Assembly (NCBI GenBank): GCA_964016885.1
Contig: OZ024758.1
Coordinates: 21,576,001-21,640,000 of the forward strand
Direction: 5' to 3'
DNA: 64,000 nt
Origin: Eledone cirrhosa
Taxonomy: Eukaryota
Position numbers and translations under genes: made by a program. How positions within the stretch are numbered: position 1 is the stretch's first letter; the number at the start of each line of letters is the position of its first letter. A model generated the notes under the pieces. It was not told the origin of the DNA and searched no databases. It saw only the letters and a list, made by a program, of their open reading frames with translations. This document shows, one piece after another, positions 43,751 through 56,880 of this stretch.

Positions 43751-44785
43751 ATTGTAAAATACTATTGTGAGAATTGCTATTGTAAGTCTTATTAGAGATT
43801 TATGATGGTTCAACATTGATGAAAGCCGAATAATTATCTGGTATTACTTGTTGTTTCCTTTGAGATATTTTAGTCATATTATTCTATGTTTATTTCTGAC
43901 TTTTGTTTTCAAATTGTATTGATTTCTAATGTAAGGGGATTAAACCTTTCAGTTATTCAACTTTTGGAATCACATGATTCATATGCTGCTTTAGAATATT
44001 GATTGTGCATCTCTATTATTCCAGTTTCTATTTCTATTTCTTTCTCGTCGTGTTTATAACTTTGTATATTTTATAAAATATTTGTGAAGGTTTCTTATTC
44101 CCTCTTGCTATATACCTGTCTTATATTTTTGTCACTTGATTTATATAATCGTATTATGTATGAAACAAGTAGTAGCTTTAAGAATTATTCTTTTCTCGGT
44201 CCATTATACGAGAGTATCTTTCTATTCTCTACACAGAACATCTACAGGCTTAAGCTAACGGTGTAGTCGCTGTATTTTTGCTTTTTGCTTTTATTTAGAT
44301 TTATATTATCTTACAGCGAAGATTATAAGTGTATAATCTCCGACTTGAAAACGATTAACATAACATACTGTTGATTTATGTCTTTATAATTCAAAATTGA
44401 TATTTTCCCCTTAAACATATTTTCTATTACATTTGTATTCAACGTTTTTACGGTTTCATTTAGATTCTTACTCACTAATGACTCTGGATTTTCCTTTGAA
44501 AATTGTTTTTTATATATATATATATATATTTTTTTTTTATGTCATATTCAGCTGGTGTTGAATATCTATCAAGTCTAATTGTTTGTTTGTTTATTTGTGT
44601 CACCTTTCGTTATTGTTAATTCCGAGGTATTAATTGTGATATTCTTAAGTTGTATGCCTAACATTTAAACCTCTCTGTATACTTTATTTTTTAATCTTGG
44701 GTAAAATAGCATCAAAATATATGTTTTATTATAATAAATGCAGGAAAATGACAAAAACGTGATCTTGAATTCTATGCCTGTGTTA

Positions 44786-44821
<36 letters not shown>

Positions 44822-45087
44822 TAGCACAAGCCTATATATATATATATTAGCACAAGCCTATATATATATATATTTGTTGGTAGTTCATTATACTGAGTTC
44901 CTCTGCCCTTTGCCGGGTCTTGTTTTTCATCTCACATGGGGTCCAAAATCACCCTCCTCACCAAACAAGCTTAGTGGTGTTGCCAAATTAGTCACCGACC
45001 ATGTGCATGCTGTACTGGGTTACATGTTACCAGTAGCGCTGAAGAGGTACCTGACATATACATATACCTATACATATATATACATAA

Positions 45088-45394
45088 GTATAAAGAATCT
45101 TCTCAAGTGCAAAATTGCTATAAAGATAACTTATAGTATAGGATGAAGACCTTTAGAAGATGTAAAAAGAAATTGCTATCAGCCCCTATCGGATTCACTT
45201 GTACATAGCGGCCGAAGGAAACATCTTTTTCAGTCTTTTAAGAGTCTTCCCTTTCATTTTTTTGAAAATTTCGATTTTTCGATTTTTTCTTTTTTTTTTA
45301 AATTTCGATTTTTCGATTTTTTTTCATTTTTTCATTTTTTTGAAAATTTTGAATTTTCGATTTTTTTTCATTTTTTTGAAAATTTCGATTTTTC

Positions 45395-45429
<35 letters not shown>

Positions 45430-45555
45430 CGATTTTTCGATTTTTTATTTTTCGATTTTGGGATTTTTCGATTTTTCGATTTTTCATTTTTCATTTTTTT
45501 CAGGGTCTTTTAATCATCTTTATAGCATCTCTGCGCTTGACCACACTCTTTATAC
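45088..45555. mobile_element. MITE-like element with about 40-bp imperfect TIRs and an internal (TTTTCGA)n tract
   Basis: GTATAAAGAATCTTCTCAAGTGCAAAATTGCTATAAAGAT versus the reverse complement of the right end, GTATAAAGAGTGTGGTCAAGCGCAGAGATGCTATAAAGAT. Confidence 0.6.
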
Positions 45556-45556
45556 A

Positions 45557-46136
45557 TCTATATATATAAAGTTGTAGTTCCTGTTTGTTTGTTTGATTGG
45601 TTGTTTGTTTGTTCTCGAACTCCTCCTATGGTTTTAGAGCAAATTTCAATAATAATTCCACTCTAATGGGGGATAAACCCCCTATAGTGAAAATGTTGAC
45701 CAATAAATGGAACAAGATTTCATGAACTCCTCCTATGGTTTGGGAGATATACCTCCATAACCATATATATTCTGAAACTACATTGCCCAGGGTACTTGGA
45801 TAAGTATATTTCATTTTAATCAAAGGGTTCCCCGTGGCACAAACCCCCGCTGAAATGTTTTTCTCTTCGATTTATATGAAATTGAAACCATAGGTAAATG
45901 ATAAGATATGAAGCCTATTCACAAGTGTTTTGAATTGATATTTTGAAAAACATTATTTACAAGAAACAAAATAGGAATAAGATTTAATAATGTAATTTTT
46001 ATGTAATATATTACAAAGAGTAATATTGAAATGCAGAGTTTTTCTCCATAAATTATATCACTGATTTAAAATCAATCATCATTTTCTTACAAAAGAAAAT
46101 GTGTGAAACGCAGCAAGGCGCAGGTAATTTGGCTAG
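45557..46136 (+). mobile_element. Non-autonomous Helitron
   Basis: A|TCTATATATATAAA, (GTTT)n, decayed 3' hairpin, CTAG|T. Confidence 0.7.
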
Positions 46137-46933
46137 TGTATATATATATATATATATTTATACATGCATTTTCAATCTACAAGGTCTAGAATTTCTACTA
46201 GAAAATACAAAGGATTCCTGTACAATGAGGATAGAACGTGAGGGAGTGTTTAAGAAATGTAAGCTGCCGTACTACTTGTGTTTATTTAAATAGAGAGATA
46301 CTATTGACAGGTACAATTCTATTGAAAAATGGTAAAATATAAAACAGGTCTTTTGAGGAATATAACCCAGTGAGGAATTTGAAAAATTATTCCGCATAAT
46401 TTGCTTATTTGATATTTGAATATATAATTACCTAATTTGCATATTTAATTAGATATTAAACTGTTTTTGGGTTTTTTTAAATACAACTTAGTACAAGTAA
46501 CCAGCATACAAATTATGATTAGAGAGCTACTCATAGAACTTGAGTTATTTTGTTTACGCATACTAATTAGCTAAACTCATTTCCCAGTCACCTCAACATT
46601 TTCATGAAAACTGCAATTCCGAGTGTGTTGTACGGAAAGAATTTAATATTTGATTTGCTTTACAAACTGAAAAAAGCCACTGGAGATTATGATTTCTAAC
46701 TGATTTTTAATTATTTGAATTGCTAGGTTATTAAACTACGGGGTTTAAAATAACACACGCCCAAATATAAAGTAGTACAGTTGATACGAAGCGTTGTGAA
46801 ATATGGAATAAATGACTGACTGATGAGTTTCAGAAAGCTTCTACAATGCGGCAAAAATATAGTTATATATATATAATATATATATCATCATCATCATTTT
46901 ACGTCCACTTTTCCCTGCTTGCAAGGGTGGAAC

Positions 46934-46996
<63 letters not shown>

Positions 46997-47041
46997 CGGT
47001 GCCCCAGCATGGCCTCAGCTGGATGACTGGAACAGGTAAAA

Positions 47042-47070
<29 letters not shown>

Positions 47071-47075
<5 letters not shown>

Positions 47076-47278
47076 GTAGTTACACAACAGTTAGTTCGCC
47101 ATACCGATAACAATTGTTTCACCTTACCGGATCCTCAGCGGATTCCGAACTGAGGATCCGCTAAGGTGAAACAATTGTTCTCGGTATGGTGAACTAACTG
47201 TTGTGTAACCATTTCTATCTAACTCGTCCCATGGACTGAGTGCTCTACCACTACGGATATTACCTTCCAGTGTTCCAC

Positions 47279-47283
<5 letters not shown>
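47071..47283. mobile_element. Palindromic family D pLTR insertion with two back-to-back HHRs and an about 65-nt tail
   Basis: Plus-strand HHR 47145-47184: CCGAA-CTGAGGA-TCCGCTAAGGT-GAAA-CAATTG-TT-CTCGG. Inverted copy at 47104-47142. Confidence 0.8.
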
Positions 47284-47335
<52 letters not shown>

Positions 47336-47337
<2 letters not shown>

Positions 47338-47537
47338 TATGTGTGTATCACGGGTACAATCAGGCGTAACCACAGTAAGTAAGGTACTCAATACATAGCA
47401 GAGTATAAATAATTAATGTAGAAATGGTTTCTACAGAACTAGAACTGTTTCATTTGATGGAATTCATCAGGGCTTTCCTGATGATTTCCTTCGAATGAAA
47501 CAGCTCTAGTCCTGAAGAAGCCATTTTTATATTTTAT
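47336..47537. mobile_element. Palindromic PLE pLTR insertion with HHR-like core and left tail
   Basis: Arms about 47413-47471 and 47477-47535; CTGATGA-TTTCCTTCGAAT-GAAA-CAGC-TC. Confidence 0.7.
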
Positions 47538-47559
47538 ATATATACATATATATATATAC

Positions 47560-47630
<71 letters not shown>

Positions 47631-47633
47631 CAT

Positions 47634-47693
<60 letters not shown>

Positions 47694-47891
47694 CACAAAC
47701 TATGACAAATAAAATAAAACAAAGTAATGATTTAGACAGTATATTTCAACATGATAATTCAGGGCTGTGATCATTACCCTTGCAAATGATGTGACTAGAA
47801 AGCTATAAAGGGTTTTGTGTGTCGCCCTGCAAACTTTAGCATCGTAACATCTCAAAAAAACAATAACAAAGTGTGCAGTACAAAGTGTTAG

Positions 47892-47934
<43 letters not shown>

Positions 47935-48058
47935 TATACTGGGTTGTCAAGTATGAAATTTGTAGAAAAAAATATATGACCATATGTCTCACTACAAATT
48001 TCATTATTGATGACCCAATATCTGTGTGTTTGGTGTGTGTATGTATATATATATATAT

Positions 48059-48213
48059 ATAACGAAGGAATTGTGGAATTGCACCAGAGTACTCAATACT
48101 TAGAGTAGTAGAGTGAGTAATAGGAAAAAGTATGACCCCGACGGCAGAGCTCAAGCCATTTCGACGGGTCGAAACAGCTTGAGATCGGCCGTCGGGGTCA
48201 TACGTTTTCCTAT
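48059..48213. mobile_element. Minimal palindrome+tail copy of the 8843 PLE family
   Basis: Inverted pLTR with tail joined to a direct pLTR that ends TTTTCCTAT+(TA)n. Confidence 0.85.
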
Positions 48214-48796
48214 ATATATATTTGTGTGTGCATATATATATATAATTCTAAACCAAATTACCCACAATCTAAGTCAAGATATTTAGTGCTGCTGTGTTGG
48301 TTTTCTTTTACAGCTATCAGACTTTTGACTCTATGTTTAGACTTGACTTGACAGCAATAAGTATACGGTATTTATGTTACAAAATTATTCGCTTATTCAG
48401 TGGGGATCCTTCCTATGGTGAAGTTTCTTTTCACCAGTTTTTTTTTAATATGTATTTCTGCTACATTGTTTTATTTCTATTACCAAGAATGTTATTGCTA
48501 AATAAGTTATAGAAACGTGTCTGATTCAACTGAATCTCAAAGGACACATTACAACTGTTTACTTTTATAGTAACTATTTTAGAAGCTTAACGTTTGTGAG
48601 ACAGTTATCTTGTTAAAATATATCTGCCATGTATCTTACTATGAATGTGACCAGGTACCGAAACGAATCTTATTTATTTCTGGCAAGATAATGCCGATAT
48701 ATGTCTGCTATTTCTTCTGCTTTTACTGACGAGGTATGTTTAAAGAAACGGGGAATATCAAACTACACGGCAAGTATTATTTTTTCAAATTAAGTT

Positions 48797-49110
48797 GTAT
48801 CGGTAGACGGTCGGATGCCATGCTTTGCAGCAAATAGTTACGTCCCTTTATGGTCTGAGTTCAAATCCCGCCGAGCTTAACTGTGCCTTTCATCCTTACG
48901 AGGTCGATAAAATAAAGTACCAGTAATACACAGTTTTGTGCCAAAAGTAGAAACAATTATTTTTTCAATCCCTGCTGAGGTTAGCTTCGCCTTTTATCTT
49001 CACAGGGTCAATAAAATAAAATACCAGTAACGCACTGAGGTCGATTTAATCGACTTTCCCCCTCCACCTAAAATTGTTGGCTTTGTGCCTAAATTAGAAA
49101 CAATTATTTT
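48797..49110 (+). mobile_element. Two SINE family A copies
   Basis: Consensus match. Confidence 0.8.
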
Positions 49111-49577
49111 CTCTCCTGTCTACACTCTGTTGTTAAAATATTGTCAGGAACGAGTATTAAATCAATCGAATCGCTTATGATAGAGTACATTACAGGAATA
49201 TCGATATATTAATTACCTTTAGTTTTATTCTTCCTTTGAGAAGGTTTTATTGTGGCCTAGTCAAAACTGTCTCTGTCTACCAATCATAAACTAGTTTTTT
49301 GTTCAATCTCCCATTACATTCATATATTTCATCAAAATCAAAATACAATATGTATTTAATTGATATGTGAGCCTGTCTCTGATTTTTAGTTAGATTTATT
49401 GAATGACTATACAATCATTATAGTCACAAACTGTTAGATTTCTCTCTCCCGTCATCAAATAAATATTTATTCAACTTGATTCTTATACTACATTGGCCAA
49501 CAAAATATTTTACTGCTACCTAAAATATTAAACTCGGTTGTGTTCGACGAGTCGTATGTAACTATTCATATACAGGG

Positions 49578-49613
<36 letters not shown>

Positions 49614-49719
49614 ATCTGTATTTATATGCCTGATTATAAATGACATATATTTCAATTTCAAGGTTACTTTGCAACCACACAAGCAAGCACAAACGTCTAT
49701 ATATATATATATTAATATA

Positions 49720-49857
49720 TATAGGAACGACGGCTGAGCTCAAGCCGTTTCGACGGCTAATTCTCACCACAGAGAATTACCCACTCTACTACCCTAAGTA
49801 TTGAGTACTTTGGTGCGTTATGGTCCACCTGGTTCCTTACCACATTTCCTTCGTTAT
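49720..49857 (-). mobile_element. Internally deleted copy of the 8843 PLE family (both termini kept)
   Basis: Left end is the reverse complement of GAATTAGCCGTCGAAACGGCTTGAGCTC...TTCCTAT; right end is the tail ...TTTCCTTCGTTAT. Confidence 0.85.
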
Positions 49858-49967
49858 ATATATATATATATATATATATAAAGAGAGATAGAGAAAGAAA
49901 GAGACTGATCGACAGGGAGACAGACATAGATATATACAAGTACATATGAGCCTATATATATATATAT

Positions 49968-50572
49968 GTCAGGTCACCAGTTGGTGCTACTGGTAACATG
50001 TATCCCAGTACAACCTGTCTCATGGTCGGGTTGTTGGCGACTAAACTGGCAACCCCACCAAGGTTTCTTGGTGAGGAGGGTGACTTTGGACATCCTACAG
50101 GACTAAAAACAAAACCTGTCAAAAGGGCAAAGGAGCTCTTAAGAGTCAATGGCCATCTAAAATCACCGGGAGAGATTACCCCTTAGCCTTTGTCAAGGCA
50201 GAATTCTAGGAGAAGGAAAACTCTGATATAACACCTGCAACCCTGATGGTATCCAATGATGTTGACTTGTTCTTCTTTTTGGTAAATATCATCTTGGTTA
50301 AGAGAGTGGGACTAGCTTTGTGCATTGCCTTTGCTCACTATAAAAGCTTCACGGCACAGGCATTGCTTTATATCTGGAGATCTCTCTGCACTTGTCATCA
50401 CATGGTGCCATGGGCCCAACACTATGTGTCAATAATTGTCACAGGTGTAGTGATTGTGCCAGTTTTCAAGTCGCTGGCTGGACTAAAAAGTCACACTCGT
50501 TCAGCGCATCGGTAGGGGTTCTCCTACATGGATATAAAGTAGTGGCCGTACTCGAAAACGAGTTGGCAGCCA

Positions 50573-50574
<2 letters not shown>
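49968..50574 (-). mobile_element. Family C repeat, complete 607-bp copy
   Basis: Reverse complement of 26485-27058 plus an intact end; TA-flanked on both sides. Confidence 0.85.
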
Positions 50575-50605
<31 letters not shown>

Positions 50606-50610
<5 letters not shown>

Positions 50611-50744
50611 AAAGTGTGGTAAGAAACCAGGTGAATCATAACGCACCAGAGTTCTCGATACTTAGGGTAGTAGAGTGGCTAATAGGAAAAAGTCTCTACC
50701 CCGACGTCTGAACTCCGGCTGTTTCGACAGCTAGATCCGACAGC

Positions 50745-50746
<2 letters not shown>
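50606..50746 (-). mobile_element. pLTR tail fragment related to the 8843 PLE family
   Basis: GTGTGGTAAG...CATAACGCACCAGAG...GTAGTAGAGTGG; a shorter fragment lies at 55678-55740. Confidence 0.8.
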
Positions 50747-50776
<30 letters not shown>

Positions 50777-52316
50777 TATATGTATATGAAGAATGTATGA
50801 ATATGATTATATATGCATGTATGTGTGTTTGAGCATGTGTGTGCGTGTAATGTTTACATGCCAGTGTGCCTATGTTTAAATATATATGTACATACATATA
50901 TATGTTTATGGGATTAATATATTTAATAGTATTTTAATATATTCGTATTATATTTGTCCCCCTACATCTCACAAGACCATATTAGGTTTATATATTTTAT
51001 CTATTCAGTTATTTTTACGGTATTTAGTTTATTTTATAAGTTACATTCCTGGTATTTAGCTATAACTGTTTGTAAATTACTTTTACCCGATGTACATAGT
51101 CAATCCATTATGTTAAGAGATCTTTGGAAAATATTACACCTCTTTATAGACAAAAATTTAAATAGTAATTTGCACACACAAACACCACACTCACCTATGA
51201 TCATTTTTGCTTTTTCTCTTTTCAACTTCACTGATCATTAAGTTTCGATTTTATATGAACTTTGATTTTCAAATATGAATTAAAATCCTCTATAATAGGT
51301 ATTTTACTTTTAAGTTTTTAACTTTCGATCTATTCAATTCTGATTTACTTTGATTTTTTTATGTTCATTGAATTAAGCTATAGAAATTTTCCAATTTCTT
51401 TCGCCTTGACCTATACTTTGCTACGAATTCTATGAAATCGCTTACATCTACATTACACATATTTGTATGTAGGGATCATCACATGAACAAGCACATACAC
51501 AAATATACACAAACATACACGTAAATCTATGTGTTCGCCACACACTTCTAACATAACTGTCTCTTTCTCCTATTCATCTCCGACGACCATTAATTTTCAA
51601 CATAATATCATCTATATAATATAAAATAGGAATTACATTCTAATTTATCTTCAATACATTGAGTTTCCATTTTATTTTTGGTTTACTACTCTTTGCCAGG
51701 ATTTTCAACTGGATAAATTAAATTAGAATTTGCTAGCAATATCTAAAAGTATACCAAAATATCTATCTTCTCTCACATAAGTAAGCACCCATCAGCATAG
51801 CTTTTGTTGAAATTCTTCTTGTATAAATAACTAATACTATATATTTTAAGTATTGTTTGAATTCGCCTCGAGATACGAAACCTGAGGGTGAATAAAATAC
51901 ACACATATAATACATTTGAATATATTTCAATATTGCGTACGTTCAACAGTAAATATTCACTGTTATATATATATATATGTGTGTGTATGTGTGTGTGAAA
52001 GAGAGAGAGAGGTAGAATATATTTCAATATTGTATACTTTCAACAGTAAATATTCGCTATTATATATATATATATGAGTGTGTGTGTGTCTGTATCTGTA
52101 TGTCTGTCTGTGTGTGCCTGTGATGTGTCTGTGTGTATATGTGTGAGTGTGAGAATATACTTCAATATTGTGTCCTTTCAACAGTAAATATTCGCTTTTA
52201 TATATATATATACATATGTGTGTGTGAGTGTATTAGTTTTTGCGTACGTGTGTCTGTGTATGCTTGCCTCTGCATGTGTGTATGTGTGTATGTATGTACA
52301 TAAGTGTGTATGTATA

Positions 52317-52349
<33 letters not shown>

Positions 52350-52435
52350 GATTTCACCTAGTAGTACCTTTTTTTTTATAGACTTTTCTAATTTTATCAT
52401 ATTTCTTGGTGAACGATGTTTTATTCCACACATAA

Positions 52436-52622
52436 CTGTTTCTACTTTAGGCACAAGGCCAGCAATTACCCAGTACATTACTGGTACTTTATTTTATCGA
52501 CCCCGCAAGGATGAAAGGCAAAGTTAACCTCGGCGGGATTTGAACTCAGACTGTAAAGGGACGTAACTATGCTGGAAAGCATGGCGTCCGACTCTTTACC
52601 GATACTGCCAATCCACCGCCCT
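52436..52622 (-). mobile_element. SINE family A, full length
   Basis: Consensus match. Confidence 0.85.
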
Positions 52623-52717
52623 CATAGATAATAGTAGTTGTAATATTAATAATAATATCATCACCATGATCACCACCCCTACTACCAGCACCACTAATAC
52701 TACTACTACTACTACTA

Positions 52718-53065
52718 TTGCGTGCAGAACGCTTTCGATGCGATGTCCTGCTCGCATCCTGGACAGGTCCTTTTGGCAGGATCTCTGCCAGGGCGTCCGT
52801 GACTGTAGATTTTGTCTCGATCTGGTAGAGCTCCTCGGTAGCACTGCCAGGCCAGAGACCTCTGGAAGTTATCCATAGGCCCTGGACGGAAAGTCCTCCC
52901 GAACAGACTGGTCAGTTCGTCCTCCTCGATGCCTAGAGTTTCCCCGAGAACGTCGTCGCACTTATACTCCACTAATCCCCTATAGAATGTCGAAGTGGAG
53001 TCTCCGCTGATTGCCGTTTCCGCTTGGTAGAGGGCTGTGAGCGCCTGTAGGCACTCGAGGTACCA
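52718..53065 (-). mobile_element. Tx1/L1-like LINE ORF2 C-terminal (zf-RVT-like) fragment
   Basis: GC-rich island translating to LAWQCYRGALPDRDKI...CPGCEQDI, continuing by frameshift into ESVLHA. Confidence 0.7.
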
Positions 53066-53084
53066 GATAGATAGATAGATATAC

Positions 53085-53124
<40 letters not shown>

Positions 53125-53242
53125 GATAGATAGATATACATATGTATATACATATGTATATATATATATAGATACATATATAGATAGATATGTATATCTA
53201 TATACATATGTATATGTATAAATATAGATAGATAGATATACA

Positions 53243-53279
<37 letters not shown>

Positions 53280-53383
53280 ATAATAGTAAAATTGAAGACT
53301 AAAATCCAAAGAGGTTAGTTTCAGAAGATCCCGTTAAGGGTGAAAGCAGCGATTCTTTGCTTAAACTTTAATCTGTTATTTTA

Positions 53384-53433
<50 letters not shown>

Positions 53434-54264
53434 TTATATATATATATATATATATATAAAGTCTGTTTTCTTTTCATGAATTGTATATTAGAATATGTTT
53501 TGTTTGTACTTGTTAAGGTTTTATTTATTATACTTAATTTCATGTTCGTAGTTCTTATCTTTCATCACGTTTGCAATGTTGTCTTTTCCAAAATAATACT
53601 TATATCATAAATAAATGTAGTATGCTTCGTTGAGTATATTTACTTAGTTCATGTCTTTAAATCCTGTTCTTTCTTTCAAATATATAATATAATTTAAATA
53701 CTTCCTTTTACGTTTATTTGTTATGAAGCTGTTAACATGCACTTTTTCCAACGGCAACTAAATCTGTACCTTGTTCATGCTTTTCTTTTATGCTGGTTTG
53801 CTTCATTTGTTCAGAATATATGTGAGATAGTTTACCTTGGGAATTTTTTTACTGTTTTGATTTCAAATGATTCGCTTCATATCCTGTCTAGCAGTCTTTG
53901 GTCTGCTTCATTTACGTTCATTATGTAAGGTATATAAATTGTATATGCTTTATATTTTGTTCTAAAATGTCATCAAGTTAGTTTTGCTTTGAAATTAGCG
54001 ATATCCCTTGCCTTATCTATCTCCATGAAACACTTTTGTAAACGTATATCATTTTAGATTTTATCGACAGAGGGCTAAATATTTATACAGCCTATTGGTC
54101 AAATAAATAAACTGTTTCTTAGAAATTATATGACTGGAGTTGGAAAATAGTCACATCTCCGTCCGTTATATTTATACTATTCCATGGTCTAAAATTAAAT
54201 TATTTTAGAAAGTGTTGCAGATAAAATTGTGATAATAATAATTTCATAAACTTTCAAAAATCTA

Positions 54265-54515
54265 CTTCTCTTCCGTCTTCTTCTCCTTCTGTTTCTTCTG
54301 TTTCCTCTTCTTCTTCTTCGCCCATTTATTCTTGAGAGGGTCGCTGGAGCCCATAAGCGAGACAGCCAAGATCATGGATGTCATCCAAGCATCTTTCTTG
54401 GGGTCTACCCCCCAGGATTTCCTGGCAGCTGGTTTTGCTCGTAAAAATCTGTCTAGCGATTCTTTCCTGAGACATTCTAACCACATACCGAATTGAGAGA
54501 TCATAGCTCCGATAC
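54265..54515 (-). mobile_element. RTE LINE 3' end with (GAA)n tail
   Basis: The minus strand reads GRPQERCLDDIHDL followed by a GAA-rich tail. Confidence 0.7.
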
Positions 54516-54978
54516 TTTAAAAAATTGTCTCACAAATTTCTCTTGGATAGTTCATGTACGAGGTAAATACATGTCATTCTGTAATATATATTTGATTTTA
54601 TGATGTCTTTAGGTGTATGAATTCTAAATGCAGTTTTCTTTAGAGTGGAATCAAAAATACCGCAAATATTTTTGACTCACAAGATTCATTTAGATATTTG
54701 TTATATTCGGAAAACTTTTTCACATTCGAATAGTTATTTCGTATATTATATCAGAGCTTAAAGAGTTTGGATGCTGTAGTAGTTTCATTTGTTGTTCAGA
54801 ATATGTCATTTCTAATGTCATTTCACACAAATGATTCGATGGGTACTTTTAGTCTTAATCTATTATTCTGAATGATTACCATTGCCGGGAGAGAATACTT
54901 TGTTTCTTGTCTACTCTTCCACATTCTACTTTGTTGGTTAAAACATATATATAAATAAATATATATATATATATATAT

Positions 54979-55035
<57 letters not shown>

Positions 55036-55234
55036 TCTCCTGCCTTTTTTTTTACTATTATATATATATATATATAACATTATGTATACATTATTCATAC
55101 TAATATGAAAAAGAGCTTCAGGATTGCGACGTTGTTTTCATACTACAACGATCTGGAACCGTCTACGATAAATATATTTTGTATGTATTTAAAAACATTC
55201 CTGTTCGACTATATATATATATATATATATATAA

Positions 55235-55266
<32 letters not shown>

Positions 55267-55399
55267 TTATACATATTTATATACACATTTATATATATAT
55301 ATACACATATACACATTTATATATATAAAAAAAAAAATGTATATATATATATATGTGTATGTATATGTTTATATTACTATAAATTGGAATTACCAACTA

Positions 55400-55438
<39 letters not shown>

Positions 55439-55813
55439 TCAATGAATATTTTATGTCGTTTTCTCGTTCCTCGTATTTATATTTATCTTCTATTGTGTAT
55501 GTTTGTGTGTCTAGGCAATTTATATAGCAAGTATTCTTGATGTCAACAGTTTTTATGTGACTAAGCAAGTAAACATATTTAGTTCAACAGCAACTGACGA
55601 GGTGAGAAATTACCAAAGCTTATAAGTTATGCCATATGATAACAAGTAGTAAGCATTCCTATATATATATATATATATAACAAAGAAGGTGTGGTAAGAT
55701 ACCATGTGATATCCGGCCGTTTCGACAGCTAGATCCGAACTAAACCTTAGCATGGCGTCCGACCCTCAACCGATACTGCCAATCCACCGCCCCTAACTTA
55801 ATAATAATAATAA

Positions 55814-56536
55814 CTAGCAGAATGGCCCGGCGTTGCTCGGGATTCTAAACATAGATTGAACCAGTACAGAGAAGTACAGAATACCTCGGCCCCGGGATGG
55901 TGTCTACATGTGTGCTTATAAAGGAAAATCCGTCGTAGATTACCAGGGGTTTTTCCGTGCGAAGAAAATCAATACTTTATCGTGAAATAAATACTTTCGT
56001 TTATATTTTGTTATTGTGTATGCAAAAATATATGTTCACGAATATATAATTATATATATATATATATATATATTAAAATAGTAGATTAAAGTTTAAGCAA
56101 AGAATCGCTGCTTTCACCCTTAACGGGATCTTCTGAAACTAAAATATCAATCTGTGAACGCAGTAAATATTTCGAAAAACATTACACACTATATATATAT
56201 ATACATATTATATATACATATATATACACACACACACATATAGCGTCATAATGTCGTAATGCAAACAGCCAGACATACAGACAGTTATTATAAGGGCGCA
56301 ACGTTATATCTATGTATCTATCTAAAAAGAAAGACTAAGAATTATAGAGAGAGATCGTTAAATCACCTAATGTGGTCCCTAGGGCATTGAAAGTCCGAAA
56401 TATTCTTTGCTCAAAATACTCACAGGACCATAAGTATTACATGTGTAAAGTTTGAAAATAATCGGGAGGGTGGTTCTCGAGTTTTAGGGAGTCAGACAGA
56501 CAGACAGACAGACATTCTCTGTTTTAGATATATAGA
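55814..56536 (-). mobile_element. Non-autonomous Helitron with a nested PLE-like fragment (56075-56190)
   Basis: A|CTAG plus CCCGGCGTTGCTCGGG hairpin; (CAGA)n and TATATAGA|T at the other end. Confidence 0.78.
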
Positions 56537-56544
56537 TAATAATA

Positions 56545-56880
56545 ATAATTGTTTCTACTTTTGGCACAAGGCCAGCAATTACCCAGTACATTACTGGTTC
56601 TTTATTTTATCGACCCTGTAAGGATGAAAGGCAAAGTTAACCTCGAGGGAATTTGAACTCAGACCGTAAAGGGACGTAACTCTATGCGTGAAAGCATGGC
56701 GTCCGACCCTCTACTGATACTGCCAATCAACTATATAGATAATAATAATAATAATTGTTTCTACTTTTGGCACAAGGCCAGCAAATTACCCAGTACATTA
56801 CTGGTACTTTATTTTATCGAACCCGTAAGGATGAAAGCATGGCGTCCGACTCTCTACCGATACTGCCAATCCACCGGCCT
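56545..56880 (-). mobile_element. Two tandem SINE family A copies
   Basis: Consensus match; the second copy is internally deleted. Confidence 0.85.

Noticed and set aside
48655-48740. Hammerhead halves in permuted order (also a CTGACGA-stem at 55594-55625)
   Set aside because: Stem I cannot be formed or GAAA is missing; too degenerate to call.
50990-51700. Faint APE endonuclease motifs (LMVVGD, WIDYV) on the minus strand
   Set aside because: Too decayed to delimit or classify by eye.
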